64,000 bases of DNA from a virus: IMG/VR virus record IMGVR_UViG_3300030107_002332; one strand, written 5' to 3'. The translations under genes were made by a program, and so were the position numbers. This document shows positions 63,419-64,000 of this stretch, piece by piece. How positions within the stretch are numbered: the stretch's first letter is position 1; each line of letters opens with the position of its first letter. The notes beneath the pieces were generated by a model that was given only the letters and a program-made list of their open reading frames with translations, had not been told where the DNA came from and searched no databases.

Positions 63419-64000
63419 GTGTCAGGTAACCCTATTTACAAGTATCCCTTAAAACCGCCCGTCACGATGACTAATGGTGATTGGGACAACAGAGATGCAA
63501 CAAGTAGTAATATTAATGCTGAGGCACCTACTGAAGCTATAGACTATCTTGTATTAAAACGGTCAAGAGTAAGATATTCTAAGACCAAACACACAACACA
63601 CCATTCTGTTGGTGTTGATTCTACAAATGCACCACTTCAAGGTCAAGTTGAAAAAGAACGTAAACCTGGATGTGTATACCTTGCTATGCCACCACAGTTA
63701 TCAACAGCATACCAAGCATCTTATTCTCAACAGAATTTAGGTGTTGCTGGTATGGCAGTCACTGACATGATTGGTAGATCAGAGGATGGTTTTTCAGGTA
63801 TTTCTCAAGCATTAAGTGATGCTGCAGGTGCCAGTTTACCAGAATTTACAGATGCTTTAGCAGCAGGTGTATTTCAATCAATGGGTAACGCACTTGGTCT
63901 TCAAGGTACAGTTGACGCTAATACTATTGAACAAATGGCAGCAGGAAGGGTATTTAACCCCTTTAGTGAGCAGATATTTAAAAGTATGGCATTTAGAACC
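63419..64000 (+). CDS. gp48: Baseplate tail-tube cap gp48 (partial, runs off the right edge)
   Basis: Not in the track. GTG start; MSGNPIYKYPLKPP...VYLAMPPQLSTAYQASYSQQNLG...GRVFNPFSEQIFKSMAFRT. Confidence 0.85.
   Translation, partial: MSGNPIYKYPLKPPVTMTNGDWDNRDATSSNINAEAPTEAIDYLVLKRSRVRYSKTKHTTHHSVGVDSTNAPLQGQVEKERKPGCVYLAMPPQLSTAYQASYSQQNLGVAGMAVTDMIGRSEDGFSGISQALSDAAGASLPEFTDALAAGVFQSMGNALGLQGTVDANTIEQMAAGRVFNPFSEQIFKSMAFRT

Overview
A 64-kb, AT-rich segment of a T4-like cyanomyovirus genome; the host is probably a marine picocyanobacterium, most likely Prochlorococcus. Every gene is on the minus strand except the last (gp48, plus strand, truncated). Left to right: (1) baseplate wedge genes (giant truncated gp7-like ORF, gp6, gp25), a SET-domain protein, heme oxygenase, a PAAR spike protein and a Cys-rich virion protein; (2) an early region of about 10 kb (13.5-23.6 kb) of tiny ORFs driven by sigma70-like promoters that carry a conserved 22-bp palindromic box, plus a beta-class DNA methyltransferase, an SF2 helicase and two candidate structured RNAs; (3) a tandemly duplicated five-gene cassette (propeller/fibre protein, assembly-like protein, coiled-coil protein, U32-family Fe-S/SAM-methyltransferase fusion, 2OG-Fe(II) oxygenase) flanking a DUF401-like transporter; (4) an array of tail-fibre and receptor-binding genes; (5) auxiliary metabolic genes (NifU-like, pcyA, petF, cpeT, cp12) mixed with baseplate hub genes (gp5, hub protein, two tape-measure-like proteins, gp51, gp26, gp54-like, gp4, gp48). 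The best leads are the duplicated U32-methyltransferase cassette, a dnaX-like -1 frameshift signal joining gp26 to gp51, and two RNA structures on one early transcript. No tRNA, rRNA, CRISPR array, integrase or intron was recognised. All family assignments come from motif recognition by eye; no database searches were run.
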